The notes under the pieces are model-generated. The model was not told the DNA's origin and searched no databases. It was given only the letters and a program-made list of their open reading frames with translations. This document shows, piece after piece, positions 21,027-33,283 of a stretch of DNA of 64,000 nt. This DNA is from Nitrospirales bacterium (GTDB taxonomy: Bacteria > Nitrospirota > Nitrospiria > Nitrospirales > UBA8639): the NCBI GenBank assembly GCA_965203295.1, contig CBDBCZ010000019.1:1728001-1792000 (forward strand), read 5' to 3'. Position 1 is the first letter of the stretch; each line of letters begins with the position of its first letter. The translations under genes were made by a program, and so were the position numbers.

Positions 21027-21805
21027 TGAACGTCTTAAGAAAAATCTCCCCCGATCAATTTCGAGAACAACTATTCGATATCCTTAGCAGGAAACAACAT
21101 TGGTCTACCCCCCACTTTAATGGAAGTACGGTAACAAAACAGCAACTCAACATTCACTTCCGCCAAGAATATGCCGTTTACATTCGAGACTTTGCCGTTC
21201 TGCTTGCACGCGTCATCGGCATGAATCCCCCTTGGCAAATCCGAAAACATTTAGCGACCACCATCTATGAAGAAGAAACCGGTGGTCTCTCCTTAGGACG
21301 ATCACATAAAGAACTTTTCCTGAAAATGATGTTAGGCCTAGGGTATTCCCGAGAGGAATTTCATGACGTTGAACTGTTATCCCGAAGCCGGGCCTATCGG
21401 GAATGGTTGGAAGGATTATGTCAGGAAGATCAATGGCTGGTAGCCACAGCTAATCTCACCCTATTCGTAGAAGGAACCATCAAAGACCGAGAGGAAGCAT
21501 GCTGCACTCATTATCCCAAAACAAAGGCCGAAATTAAGGCCGAAATTGAGGACATTGTGCTCAAGCACCCTTTAGTCGTCCACCATGGATTGAGTCCTGA
21601 TTGTATGGACTTGGTTCGCGTCAGAGAACTTGTCGAACCAATGAATCGCCAAATTGTGTACGACATTATCGTGGAAGAAGCCGTCAAAACAGGGCAACAA
21701 AAGCTGGTACTGGAAGGGATGCAGCAAGGCTTAGATCTGTGGCTCCAATATCGAGACGGTATTGCCCGTTCTTGCGGACTTCGAAACACTCAGCCTCTAT
21801 CCTAA
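21027..21805 (+). CDS. Heme-oxygenase-like / PqqC-CADD-TenA family protein
   Basis: HFRQEYAVYIRDF, IYEEETGGLSLGRSH, FVEGT. Contains an in-frame 12-bp duplication (KAEIKAEI) at 21524-21547. Confidence 0.7.
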
Positions 21806-21862
21806 GACAAGAAAGCCGAGATCCCTCCAAAGCATTTCTTTTCCTCATCCCTTCATCCTCCT

Positions 21863-22220
21863 CTACCGAACAATGACATAATGCAGAGCTGTATCGCCTA
21901 AGATAGCTCCCCACGCGATCGCATTGAGTGTCACCAGATTCGAACTTTTTCCCCACATTAAATACTATAGAGACCACAATCATCACTTGCGTTAAGATAG
22001 AAAACGGTCGATGGACATTAGCGGACATCCCTCCTCCTTCGCTCGCGATAGCCGACGCTGCAGCAAGGAGATAAAAAAGCAAGGCTGCACCTTGGACCCA
22101 TATCATGCGTTTTTCCCGGGATTGTCGCACAACCGCCACAAAGGCCCAGGTTAAACACACCGCAACAACCAGTAACAAAAGTGGGAAAAGGGGCCATAAG
22201 GTTTTAGCACTGAGTTCCAT
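21863..22220 (-). pseudogene. Small 4-TM membrane protein with a +1 frameshift
   Basis: The hydrophobic frame breaks near 21960. The alternate frame continues MWGKSSNLVTLNAIAWGAILGDTALHYVIVR* to TAG at 21863-21865. Confidence 0.65.
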
Positions 22221-22418
22221 AGAGAAGACCTATCTAAAATGAATGCTCAATCTAAAAAGAAAGAAAACTAAAAAACACCCACAATCTAATCCATCAATCT
22301 TCAAATGGTCAATAAAAGAAGCCTGACGTGAACAGCCATACCCCCCTGTTAACGTATTTCCCCCTTTACCCCAAAGTTCCTGCAATGCTCACGCGAGTAG
22401 ACATCGAACATTCATCCC

Positions 22419-23135
22419 CTACTGAACTTCAATCAATTGCGGTTCTTGTAATACTTTGTCGCGAGGTAAAGGGTCTTGATAAGTCATTCGGCGGTAGCAG
22501 GCATAGGTGACATACGTATCCTGGAGACAATACTCTGCAATGGCCTTTCCCTGTCCTGCTGCCCACATTTCCGCCACGTGAGTTCCGCTTCCTGATTTGG
22601 TCTCCACATTCAACGCCCGCGCTAAGACATCCAACTTTACCCACCCTCGGTTATCCCAGTTACTCCAAATAGCCATCGTGTCATAGACCGGTTCTACCCG
22701 AAATCTCGCCAAGCTAATATCCATCGAAGGTTTGACCTTATGGATAATCGACCGTTTTTTTAAGAAAGGAAGGTCAAATCCTAAACCATTATGCGTAATA
22801 AACAAGGACGGACGAATTTCACCGAGCCGTGCCCAGAACTGTCGGAGGAGATCGGGTTCATTAGATCCGTACCAAGAAACTGCCCCTTGCGGAGACATTG
22901 AATCAGAGAAAATCAGCAAACCAATGCAGACAATGTGACTATAGGTTCCATCAAAGGCCGAACGTTCATACAACTCATTTTCTTTCTTCAGCTGTTCTTG
23001 GATGTCAGCATGCTGAAAAAGATCCTGTGGGGAATCAGCGGAACAGGACTCATTGAGGAGTGAATCAATCCCCATCAAGCGGGTCCATTCCTCTCGTGGG
23101 GCCTGAACAGTCTCAATATCCAGGACAACTTTCAT
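22419..23135 (-). CDS. Predicted PolB-like 3'-5' exonuclease (DEDDy)
   Basis: VLDIETV, THNGLGFDLPFL, YDTM, EYCLQDT. Confidence 0.85.
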   Translation of the reverse strand: MKVVLDIETVQAPREEWTRLMGIDSLLNESCSADSPQDLFQHADIQEQLKKENELYERSAFDGTYSHIVCIGLLIFSDSMSPQGAVSWYGSNEPDLLRQFWARLGEIRPSLFITHNGLGFDLPFLKKRSIIHKVKPSMDISLARFRVEPVYDTMAIWSNWDNRGWVKLDVLARALNVETKSGSGTHVAEMWAAGQGKAIAEYCLQDTYVTYACYRRMTYQDPLPRDKVLQEPQLIEVQ

Positions 23136-23707
23136 CCTAGGTCCTTTCTTGGATGAAGTTGAAGGTCATCCATCAGCGACCGAAACATAATGATACCATC
23201 CTAATAACTTCCATCATCATTGGCAATGGCATGAGGAAGAACTGCGATTTCAGAAAAACCCAGTTTGGCCCATAAGGACCGCGCTACCAGATTACGGGAA
23301 AATACGAGATTAAAAATCACGCTGTGATACCCCAAGCGCTTTGCATAATCCAACATGGTAGCGCCCAATAACCAGCCTAGACCTTTGTTGCGCCAGTCTG
23401 GATCCACCATAAAACCGGCGTTGGCAACACGACGAGCCCGGCCAGGCCAATTGGGCTTAAGATAGAACGCACCCAAGAGCGGGAGGCTCTTCAACTGAAG
23501 AACAGGATAGGCAACAACCATGCTCTTTCCTCTGAGCCAGTATTCTTGGACCTCTGCATCCTCCAAAGGTTCCTGATGAAGATAAGAGTCGCCTTCAAGG
23601 ACAATTTTCGAAAAGAGTTCTTGAACAGCAGGCACGTCCTGTTCACTCGCTAGTCGCATCTCAATAGTGATGTCTTCTTTAAGCTTGGCCTGAAGAGGAA
23701 ACTTCAT
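23132..23707 (-). pseudogene. GNAT N-acetyltransferase with a premature in-frame TAG near the C-terminus
   Basis: LKPNWPGR..VANAGFMV..RNKGLG..FNLVF. Reads DGSY*DGIIMFRSL through TAG 23201-23203 to a TGA overlapping the next ATG (ATGA). Confidence 0.8.
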
Positions 23708-23765
23708 AGCATGGTGGGGTAATGAAGATGGAGAGGAAACCAGATAGGAGCAAGTGATCATTCTC

Positions 23766-24221
23766 TCATTGATCTTTTTCACCAATCTGACAGGAGGCCA
23801 AAAACTGGAGTCTGGAAAGGATCGATTCGTCAGCAGGAGGGAAAGCATAGCGAGAAAAATGGTCTGGTCTCACCCAAGCAAATTCCGCACATCCTAGTGC
23901 CTGAGCTTTCCCCCTTGCGATGGAACAGGAGAAGAAATGCAACTCAACCGATTTTTCAGGATACTCATGATGAACCACAGCGAAAGGGGTCGCCTCAGAT
24001 ATTTCCAAACCTAACTCTTCCTTGACTTCGCGACACACACACGCTTCCAATGATTCACCAGTTTCACGCTTCCCACCGGGAAATTCCCACAGACCCTCTA
24101 AGTGAGCCCCTGCCCTTCGTCGCGTGATTAAATACTGACCATCCCTTTCAATCAAAGCCGCAGCAACCTGGGTCCATTCCTTGGGTTCCCCGGCAAGGTG
24201 AGATTCGACAGGATGAGTCAT
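23766..24221 (-). CDS. mutT: 8-oxo-dGTP diphosphatase MutT (NUDIX)
   Basis: [32 protein letters not shown]udix box, FPPAD. Adjacent to mutY. Confidence 0.85.
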   Translation of the reverse strand: MTHPVESHLAGEPKEWTQVAAALIERDGQYLITRRRAGAHLEGLWEFPGGKRETGESLEACVCREVKEELGLEISEATPFAVVHHEYPEKSVELHFFSCSIARGKAQALGCAEFAWVRPDHFSRYAFPPADESILSRLQFLASCQIGEKDQ

Positions 24222-24307
24222 AAGGTTTTCAAAATCTTTTCAATTTTGACTCACTGACAGAAGTACGTCCTGAAAAAACATAGGGCAGGCTGATTGCTGA
24301 AATGAAT

Positions 24308-25027
24308 TTATTTCGTCTCAACAGGGTAGGCCTTACAAAATTCCCGCATAGGACACAAAAGGCAATAGGGTTTTCTAGCCGTACAGACCATAGCCCCAAA
24401 ATCCATGAGAGCCTGATTAAAGTCGTACCCCTTTCCTTTAGGAATAACGTCCTCAGACAAAGCCCAAAACTTCGTTTTCTGGGTTTTAGGATCACCTTCC
24501 CCTACAAACACCCGATGCAAGACACGCATCACATTGGTGTCCAAGATCGGAGCATCTTCATTGAAAGCAAAGGATCGAACCGCTCCTGCTGTATACCGAC
24601 CAATCCCTTTCATAGATTGAAGCTCTTCAGGATCATTGGGAATCTTTCCCCCATATCGCTCCACGGTTTCACAGGCAATACTGTGAAGTCGGTAAGGTCG
24701 AATATTATAGCCCAGCGGGTACCATGTTTCCCGCACCTCATCCGGTTCAGCCGAAGCTAAATCTTTCACTGTCGGATACCGCCCCAAAAACTCATGGTAT
24801 TTCGGAATTACCCGATCCACTTGGGTTTGCTGGAGCATGACCTCGGAAACAAGAATTTTGTACGGATCAGCCGTTCGCCGCCAGGGAAGGTCCCGTCCAA
24901 ATTCTGAATACCACTTGAGAAGCCGAGTCTGAAACCGGCGTTTCTGTCCTCGGTCTAGCCCTGCGGAGGAGCGAGAAGATTTGGGTCGGGAGCCATTATG
25001 ATGAGATTTTTTTTGACGGGCCATCAA
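24308..25027 (-). CDS. mutY: A/G-specific adenine glycosylase (short MutY, HhH-GPD plus 4Fe-4S)
   Basis: RDLPWRR, VSEVMLQQTQV, LGY, GIGRYTAGA, LDTNVMRV, NQALMDFGA, C-x6-C-x2-C-x5-C. Confidence 0.92.
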   Translation of the reverse strand: MMARQKKSHHNGSRPKSSRSSAGLDRGQKRRFQTRLLKWYSEFGRDLPWRRTADPYKILVSEVMLQQTQVDRVIPKYHEFLGRYPTVKDLASAEPDEVRETWYPLGYNIRPYRLHSIACETVERYGGKIPNDPEELQSMKGIGRYTAGAVRSFAFNEDAPILDTNVMRVLHRVFVGEGDPKTQKTKFWALSEDVIPKGKGYDFNQALMDFGAMVCTARKPYCLLCPMREFCKAYPVETK

Positions 25028-25564
25028 TCACCAGTGACACGTGATTGTAGGGATAGGCCCAATTCATTTCAACTAAGGGAAATACGGGAATCAAAGACCA
25101 GAGTGAGACAATTTTTCAAAGCCAAAGCAGTCTCTTGCGTTTCCCCCTATTGACATCCATGACTATCAACCCGACATCATCGAACCAGACCCTTCGGTTT
25201 CTCCAACAGCCACTTTGAAAAGCTTAATCGTTTAAATAGATTCTCATTTAATGGGAATTGAATACACATCTTCGGCGATATACCCATAAATGGGATTAGT
25301 TCAAAATGTCCCTCTCTATTTTCTACTTTCCTCTTGGGGTAAATAGGAAAAACAAACATTATTTTATGTCTAACAGGAAGGGACTGAAGAGGCGATTGGG
25401 TGTCAATCATTGATTATGTCTCACTTTGAAATCCAAAAACCTTTTGAGTCGAGCGGCTTCTCAGCGTCGTATTGTCAGACATGAGTAACACCCTATGATT
25501 GAAAGAAGCGCACCCTTTTCCTGACACAGGAATTTTCTTATGATGATTTCGAGGAGAAATTTCT

Positions 25565-26716
25565 ATGCCGACCAAAACGAGCTGGATACAGAAGCATCCC
25601 AAAAAAATTCTCACTCTCATTCTTTTTTTCATCTTTGTCGCGATGGACTTCTTTTTCACGGTGGGGATTCGTCTGATTCAAAAGGGAACGATTGAGAAGC
25701 GACCGTTTGCTAATCCAGCAAGCATCAGAATTGAGCATCCCATTTATCATCACGGACTCAAGCCCAATTCATTTTCTCTTGAAGAGCGATGGGGGCCTTC
25801 CGCCTTTTCCCTCTACGTGAATTCTTTGGGCTTTCGCGACAAAGAAATCAGGGCCGTCTCGCCTACGACGGACCGCTATAGAATGGTATTTATGGGAGAC
25901 TCATTTACTGAAGACCTTGGCATGGACTTCGAGGATACGTTTATTGGGATCATCGCTGAACAGCTTTCCTCTCACCATGTGGAGATGCTCAATGGTGGAA
26001 TCGGTAGTTATTCACCAGCAATCTACTATGTGAAAACCAGATACATGCTGAACGAATTGCGATTGAATTTTGATCATATGATCATTTGTTTAGATATTTC
26101 AGATATAGAGAACGAAGCCAAATACTATGAAATTGATGATGGAATCGTGACATCCAAGCAAAAGACCCTTATCAACACAGCCAAATGGTTTATTCATGAC
26201 TATTCAACAATTGGGAGGCTGACCCAACATTATGCCAGCAAAACTTATTCCCTCTTCACCCAGCCTCATTCTGATGCCATGCGGACTCAACGCGAAAAGG
26301 AATTGAGCATCGAAAAAAATCGAAGTTCCTGGACTATCCAGCAAGCACTGTTTCGAGAATATGGAAAAGCAGGGTTAGAACAAGCCAAACGGCATCTCAA
26401 TTTACTACATCAACTTCTCTCTGAGAGGGGAATTTCCGTCACACTCGTTGTGTATCCATAGCCCGATCAAATTATCCACAACGATCTAGATTCGATTCAG
26501 GTTCGCTTTTGGCAGGAATGGGCCAACTCACACAACATCCATTTCATCAACCTCTTCCCCTCGTTTATCGAGGCAGGGGAGACTACGGAATCTGCAGAAA
26601 ACACCATTCGGACATACTTCTTTCATGGTGATGACCATTGGAACAAGAAGGAGCATGCCCTTGTGGAGAAACAAATCCTCAATCAGTTAGACCAACTGGG
26701 CATCCCGCCTCAGTGA
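25565..26716 (+). pseudogene. SGNH/GDSL hydrolase family membrane-anchored protein with an in-frame TAG
   Basis: NSLGFRD, MGDSFTE, NGGIGSYS. Reads VYP*PDQI through TAG 26459-26461 (likely TGG) to GDDHWN..H and TGA at 26714-26716. Confidence 0.85.
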
Positions 26717-27187
26717 CGATGGTTAAACGGCACAGCTAATTATAAGTCCACGTCATACGAAAATTCACTCCTAATGGTCCACAGACAGCACAGGTGTTCG
26801 GTATTACAGAATCCCTACCCTATTCATGACTCTTAGTCCTTTTTCTTATTAGCGTATATGGAAGTAATGACCGGATAATTCGTGAGTACATACGAAATCG
26901 TCTTGGGTCATGAGTCAGGGCCTTGAAAAAGCAAGGGAATTCCCTGTCGCCGGTTTTCAGAACAAACTCTGTGCCACCCCCAATCAGAATATTTAGAGGC
27001 TTAAGAGTAAGTAAACCAGACGAAGTTTATCCCAATCATTCTAATATTTCGTTTTTAGCTTCAGATAGAAGCGCGCTCCATCTCGTAATCGTTCATCATC
27101 TACCTCAGGCCTCTTACTATCAGTTGCATTCTTTGAGATTGCTGTCTAAACGTTTAGCAGAACCAGCATGTTGCTTGCATGCGCTTG

Positions 27188-28294
27188 TTATGCCTTTCCT
27201 CTATTCAGTTCCTGAACATCTTTCCAGAACGGGCTTTGCCTTAACTTGGCTTGGAGGTCTTTGACGAACTGCTCTTTCCCATCGATTGCTTTGGGCCAAG
27301 AAGCGTCTACGAGATCCCACGCTTGGTCCATTCTCCCAGTGTAAATAAGGTCAAGCATTTCGGCCCAGAGCCTGACCGGAGGTTGTTTACTCTCCCATTC
27401 CGACGATGACTTAATTTCGTCGGCGAGCTGAATGAATTGGTCAAACGAAAGGCTCGTTTTCCTCATGAGATCAGATGCCATCTCATATTGCTGCCCCTGA
27501 TATTTCAAAATCACTGCTGGTGCTGGTGAGGCTGCGAAGGATGTACGCCAGTAGGCGAAAGTCCAATCGACCATTTGGAATTCGAGGGCAGGGTCCTCAT
27601 CTAAGTTTGCGAAATCAGCAAGGCCCGAATGCACCGCATTGATCGTTTGGATGTGCCTAAATCGGTTTCCGATTTCGAAAATATGAAAGAGGAAACAGCA
27701 GTGCGCTCCGCCTGTCCATTCAGACACAAGAAGATTGGGCAGACCATCCCCATTGGTGGATCCATCAAACCCCCCAATAGCATAGAGCCGTCCCTGAGAA
27801 GGCGTGACACCCAAAGCACCTCGTGCAGTCGGCATGGAAGCCAGTTCCACCCATTCATCCTTGTGGAGATCATACTGATAGATGGTCGCGACTGGATGCC
27901 ACACGGAAAAAAAGGAACGAGTGAATCCACCAATCACGTAAAGTTTGTCGTCTAAAGTTGCAATTCCTGCATGATGTAATCCCACAGGCAGCGATGTACT
28001 CGTGGACCAGGAATCCGTAACCGGGTCATAAACCTCCACTGTTCGACTAATTGAAAAACTGACAATATTCTCTAGGGAAGGTTCGCTGAACCCTCCGACG
28101 ACATAGATCTTTCCTCCTAACCCTGCGCTTGCCACTTCTGTTCGATTCACTGAAGCTGAGGCACGAGCGGACCAGCTCCCTTTGTCAAAGAGAGGAGTTT
28201 CCGAATTGACCTCTGGCAGCCCAACTAAGAGAAAACACAGAAAAGCCAAAAGTGTTCGGGTAATCTTTCTAATTAATAATCTGGCCCGGTTCAT
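27188..28294 (-). CDS. Chimeric ORF: N-terminal Kelch repeats fused to an unrelated GGAHCC-motif protein
   Basis: About three Kelch blades (IYVVGG, LYVIGG, LYAIGG) end abruptly at GGFDGSTN, followed by GDGLPNLLVSEWTGGAHCC. Confidence 0.7.
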   Translation of the reverse strand: MNRARLLIRKITRTLLAFLCFLLVGLPEVNSETPLFDKGSWSARASASVNRTEVASAGLGGKIYVVGGFSEPSLENIVSFSISRTVEVYDPVTDSWSTSTSLPVGLHHAGIATLDDKLYVIGGFTRSFFSVWHPVATIYQYDLHKDEWVELASMPTARGALGVTPSQGRLYAIGGFDGSTNGDGLPNLLVSEWTGGAHCCFLFHIFEIGNRFRHIQTINAVHSGLADFANLDEDPALEFQMVDWTFAYWRTSFAASPAPAVILKYQGQQYEMASDLMRKTSLSFDQFIQLADEIKSSSEWESKQPPVRLWAEMLDLIYTGRMDQAWDLVDASWPKAIDGKEQFVKDLQAKLRQSPFWKDVQELNRGKA

Positions 28295-28504
28295 AGCATA
28301 AGTATACCCCTTAAAGGATCAAAGAGAGAAGGAAAATAATTTCCACTGGGCTGAAAGCATGCTGGCCCAGGCAAGATTCGGCCTTTTGTTATGAATGCCA
28401 ATATGGTAAAGGTCAGATCGAAGCATCTTTTCACCGGCATCTATGGCTACCTTTTTTCACTGTTTCCCTTAATCCAATAAGGCAAAACTAATTTAATGTA
28501 AAAA

Positions 28505-31500
28505 ATGTTGCGCTCTAGAATCTTTAAATGGCTCGCCATATTAGGAAGTATATTCCTTCTTCTCATGATTGGCTTGACCTTGCTGTTGACATACTTTTTC
28601 CCTTCAGAACTCTTGCGGACAGAACTTGGAGTTCGGGGCTCTGAAATTCTTGAAGGAACGGTCCGTATTGAAGCTCTTTCATTTAACTTATTGACCGGAC
28701 TTCGACTCAAAGAAGTTGTGGTTCGCAAGTTGTGGTTCGCAAACAGAACAAACGACTTATTCAGGTTGATCATCTCAACTTGGATTATAGCCTCATTGGG
28801 TTGATGAAAGGACATCTAACAATTAATGAAATGCTGATTGATCAAGCCGATGTCTCACTCAATCTCGAGGAATTAGGCCCTTCTGTTGAGGCCGAAAAAG
28901 AAGTACCTCCTCCCACGCAACCTTCTGAACCAGCTGAGTTGCCCCTACTTCCTTTATCTTTGGATCTTGAAACGTTGGCAATCAAAGATTCCAATTTCGA
29001 CCTTGTTATCTCACCAACTCTCACTCTCACGATGACCCAATTGAATCTAGGACTCTCAGGCAGCATTGATGACACGGAAGCAGAATTAAATGGATCACTG
29101 CAGGTAGCTGATCTGAATCTCGATCTTGAAGACAAGAATATGCAGTTACCCCTGAAACTCGATTTTTCCTTTTTTGCCAACCTTCCCGACCAATTCCTTG
29201 ACCTCAAGGAACTGACAATTCGATCGGAACCTGCCGTCCAATTGACGCTCTCAGGAAAAATCAAAAATTTTCTGACAAAAAAGGAAATGGACCTCTCGTT
29301 ACATGATGTCCGATTGGATTTAGCTAAGGTACTCCTTGTCGGCAAGGATTTTGTTCCACCAGAATTGGCAAAAATAGAACTTCGAGGCACTCTTTCTCCG
29401 GAAGCTGAAATCAAGGGATCTCTTCCGAAATCAGGATTAAATGGAAAAGTCACTCTGACAGTTGCAGGCACAAAACTTGAGGCTGAATTACCGGCATTCC
29501 AGACGATTCTTCACTCGACAGACTTTTCCATCCGCGCATTTGATATGAAAATTCACGAAGGAATGCCTGAATCCGGCAGCTTCCAGATGAGCCTGTCTAA
29601 TAAGAAAACGGTCAATCAAGAATATCAGGTAGATGAATTTCAGGTACAAGCCTCCGGCGATTACCTTGCTGTCGGACCGGTCTCAGGCAAAGTCAAAATT
29701 TCGGGGGTGTCTACGATTCCTCCAGTTGATCGCTGCAACGTCTCACACTTCCGTTTGGTGTGGAACTGGAGGGAGAAGGTAACTCCAAGAGTCAAGATAT
29801 CGTTCTAAAGCGATTAGCCGTAAAAATAGGGGATTTATTGAACCTTCAGGCCCGTGGGGAAGTCCATCCACAACCTTCGGCTACCGATGGCTTGAATGTG
29901 TCGTTCGCAACATGCCTTGAACCGCACATCGGGCACCTCCTACCATTGATTCCACAAAACTTCCTGGAAGGGATCACGATCACAAAAGGAGCTAAGCCTG
30001 ATGTCATGACCCTCAAAGTCACAGGCACCCTCAATTCGGATTATTCTCCAAGTAAAGCCAAACTTAACGCTGGCGTAAAGTTAACTGACCTCACAACTAG
30101 GGTGGATGACCTTCCGGCATCGGGGACATTGAAGCGTGGGGATGTCCTTATCTCTGCGGTTTATGATGGTCAGAGTGGAGGAGTCAAGGGAAAGGTAGGA
30201 ACGGCCCTCAAAATCTCGGATGTTCGTCATGGTGGGACTTTGGGTGTTGGCCAGTTTTGGCTAAAATCACAATCAACGATAGATGCTACACTCACCTCCG
30301 AGTTTGAGCTGACTAGTATGCGGTCTCGTGATTTACTAAAGGTTGAAATTGGGGAGATTATCTACGAAGACCCTTTCCTGAAAGCTTCTATTGACCAGAT
30401 GACGCTTTCCTCACGGACACAGGCGAATGTGTTTGGCGGTGACTATACTATTGAATCCCTTCGCATCATGAGTGATCCCCTGTTTGATCTGTCCGTCAAA
30501 GGTCGCTATCAGATGGATTCTCAGCAATTTGCGGTTGACGCCGGCTTTCCCTACCTGAATCTCAGCGAAATTAGGGAAAAACGTTTCCGGTGAGATGGTT
30601 CAGATCGTGAATGAAATGAACCCTCAAGGCACCATTTCTCTTTCTCTTAAGGCTTCAGGACGTGTTCCACAACAGAGCGACTTCGATGAGTTAACTCTTC
30701 CCTTGCAGGCAGAAACCCAGGTCACTCTAGAAGATGTAGAAGGGACTTTCGCCCAACACCGCATGAGAGGAGCAAGGGGAAGGTTATCGATGTCATTTCT
30801 GCCAGGAGACCATCCGGTCGCAAAGCTCACCACTGACTTGAATGCCGAGGACATTCAATTAGCCTCAGGCCTTCCCCTGAAACAAATCTCCCGCGCTTTG
30901 GCTCGAGTTGATGTAACCAGCCGGGATTTTGATGAAATCACAATCGACCAGGTCCGCCTGGGGATGAGTGCGGGAGAGATGATAACAAAAGGCACCGTCA
31001 TGGGTATCAAAGGCCTTCTGACGGGGCAAACGTCCTTGGGAGAATTCCTAGGCAAACTGTTTGCGCAAGTGACAACGAAAGTATCTGTAGATTTGGATGA
31101 ATTTCATGACCTTCTGGTTCAGGAAGGTGTGAGTAGCAACGGCCAAGTTCATATTGAGGTTTCCAGCCTGAAGAAGGAAGAAGGGCCACTGGATGTTCGC
31201 CTCCACCTTGGAGCTAGAAAGGTTAGCTTGAAAAAAGAAGGAATGAAAGTGTCCAACGCGGATGGGGGGCTGTCTCTGCGAAAGCAGTTGATCTGGAATC
31301 CACACTCTCAGGATGTATCGCTTGATCAGGTCTTTAAACCTTCAGATGTATTGCCCCAACTCCGATCCCTAAATGGGAAAGGGAGACGAATGGCCATTGA
31401 TGAAGTCGATCTGGGCTTGCTCAAAATTTCTAATTTTTCCATGAATACTTTCTTTGATCAAAACGCCTTGAGAATTCAGAAACTGGCGATGAATGTTCTG

Positions 31501-32055
31501 GGAGGGGGATTAGGCGGAAATATAGTCCTCCAAACTGGCAAGACTTTCGGCGTGTCGGCCAGGATCGAGGCGGCCAAACTCGATCTGAATCATCTGCTTG
31601 AGGATCATCTCAAAATCTCCGGAGACAGTTTGGTCGATACAACCGTTAATCTTTCTGTCTTCTTTCAAGAAAAAACAGGGGCGCTTGATTTGAGTCGAAC
31701 TGAAATCCACCTATTTCTGACACACATTGGGAAAGAGGTCTTAGATCGTCTGTTAGTATTTCTTGACCCTGAAGGAAGCAATCCAACATTGGTAGCCGCA
31801 CGATCGCAAGTAAAACTGGCCAATCCCTCCCAGGTGACGATTCACTTAGCCCGTGGAATGATGGGATTGGAAATTCTATTTAGTGAAGGACTCCTTTCTT
31901 CCTTTAAAATGGACCGTATTCCAGTGGGCAAAATGAAGAACCTCCAGACGATCACCCAAGGATTACCCAATTGGGAATTGGTGACCCAAATCATGGCAAT
32001 GGTCGGAACGGAATCCTATGGTGTCGATGAGGAAGGAAATGTTCTGATTCAGTAA
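28505..32055 (+). pseudogene. AsmA/YdbH/TamB-like long beta-groove envelope protein (~1,180 aa), broken by three frameshifts
   Basis: N-terminal TM anchor and AsmA-like start (YFFPSELLR..GTVRIEALSFNLLTGLRL), beta-rich repeats, YdbH-like C-terminus (MNVLGGGLGG). Breaks at a 14-bp duplication (28713-28740), near 29730 and near 30580. Confidence 0.7.
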
Positions 32056-32202
32056 CCAATGAACCGTAGCCCTTCGGGAATTGGAGGCGTGTAGTCGTAG
32101 GACCTCCACTCTTGTTCTCTGCTGCTGCTTCCTCCATTGAAGCAAGATGGATGCAAAAGTTGTACAATAGATAGTGGTTATATCTAGAGCTGGAACCTGA
32201 AC

Positions 32203-32776
32203 ATGATCATTCATAGTATTAAAAAGTTGACATGGGGCTTCCTTATCATTGCTACTGGCTGTGGAGGGCCACTCGTAGGGGTGACGGTTGTGGACGAACG
32301 AACAGCGCTGGAAAACCAAGTCCTTGGGACCTACCAAGAATTGAACCAGAAAGTACTCCTGGTGGCATCAGTTCGTTATATCGATCCCAAGGGAAAACTC
32401 CAGAAAAATCAGGAAATCCCCCCAGGGAAGAAACAAGCGATTCGCGCCATGCAACGATCCTCCTTTAATAAAGACGACATTGATCGGTTGAAAGGTCAGG
32501 CTATCATCGGAGAAAACAATCAAGGTGGGGTTCATCTTTTGTCTCCTAAAAAAATAGAGGCAGGCCAACAGGCTTTTGTGGAGAATCTAATCAAAGAAGA
32601 AAATGCCGATCGTGAGATCGTGATACAACGGGGTGATTAAAACCAATGAAAACCTTTCCGAAAAGGATTTGGCTAGGGTTCGGAAAATGTTCGCAGCATT
32701 AAACCGTGATAAAGCACGAGTGGGAGACAGGATCCAATTAGAAAATGTTGAATGGGTTAAAAAAGAAAAACCATAG
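32203..32776 (+). pseudogene. DUF1318 (YdbL-like) lipoprotein with a +1 frameshift
   Basis: Lipobox IATGC, ERTALENQVLG, IGENNQG, EENADRE. Extra G near 32632; the alternate frame continues ...FAALNRDKARVGDRIQLENVEWVKK..* to 32776. Confidence 0.75.
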
Positions 32777-32864
32777 ATGGATTGTCTTGTAAAAACTTCA
32801 ATTTCAACTGACGGACTCTGTCACATGAGTCCAAAATTTTCTGCTCTACGCAGGAGATATGAAT

Positions 32865-33245
32865 CGTGTCGTTAGGGGATATTCAGGATGTTGGGTTAAA
32901 TTGTTTTTATTTAAGCGGGGTTTCGGCCCTGCACGAGGAGGTCCTTTTGTTTTGGCAAAAGGACCCAAAACCATTCCCGCTCGCACATGGCCCTGCGGGT
33001 CTCCTTCGTCCCAACACCGAATCACATGGCTGCGGAACTCGCTTCGCTCAGACAGTCCTCGCCGAAAAGCCGATTCGGCGCTGGGACTCAGCCATACGCA
33101 AGGCGGAACACACAGATTCAAAACTGAGGACAATCTTTTTAAACCGCATACACTTTTTCACCGTCACGCCTGCAGACGTTAGCAGACATCCAGGTTGTTT
33201 GGTTAAATCGTCTTTACTTTGAGCAGGATTTCGGCCTGGCGAAGC
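32865..33245 (+). repeat. Structured intergenic repeat, copy A, plus the start of a second tandem unit
   Basis: Shares GGTCCTTTTG-N6-CAAAAGGACCCAAAACCATTCCCGC ... GGCTGCGGAACTCGCT.CGCTCAGACAGTCCTC with copies at ~51.5 and ~53.5 kb. Confidence 0.9.
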
Positions 33246-33283
33246 AAATCAGATCTTTAAACTTTAAACTCGAAACCTTAAAC

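Noticed and set aside
25028..25564. Short ORFs in the AT-rich spacer between mutY and the SGNH gene
   Set aside because: No recognisable motifs or ribosome-binding sites.
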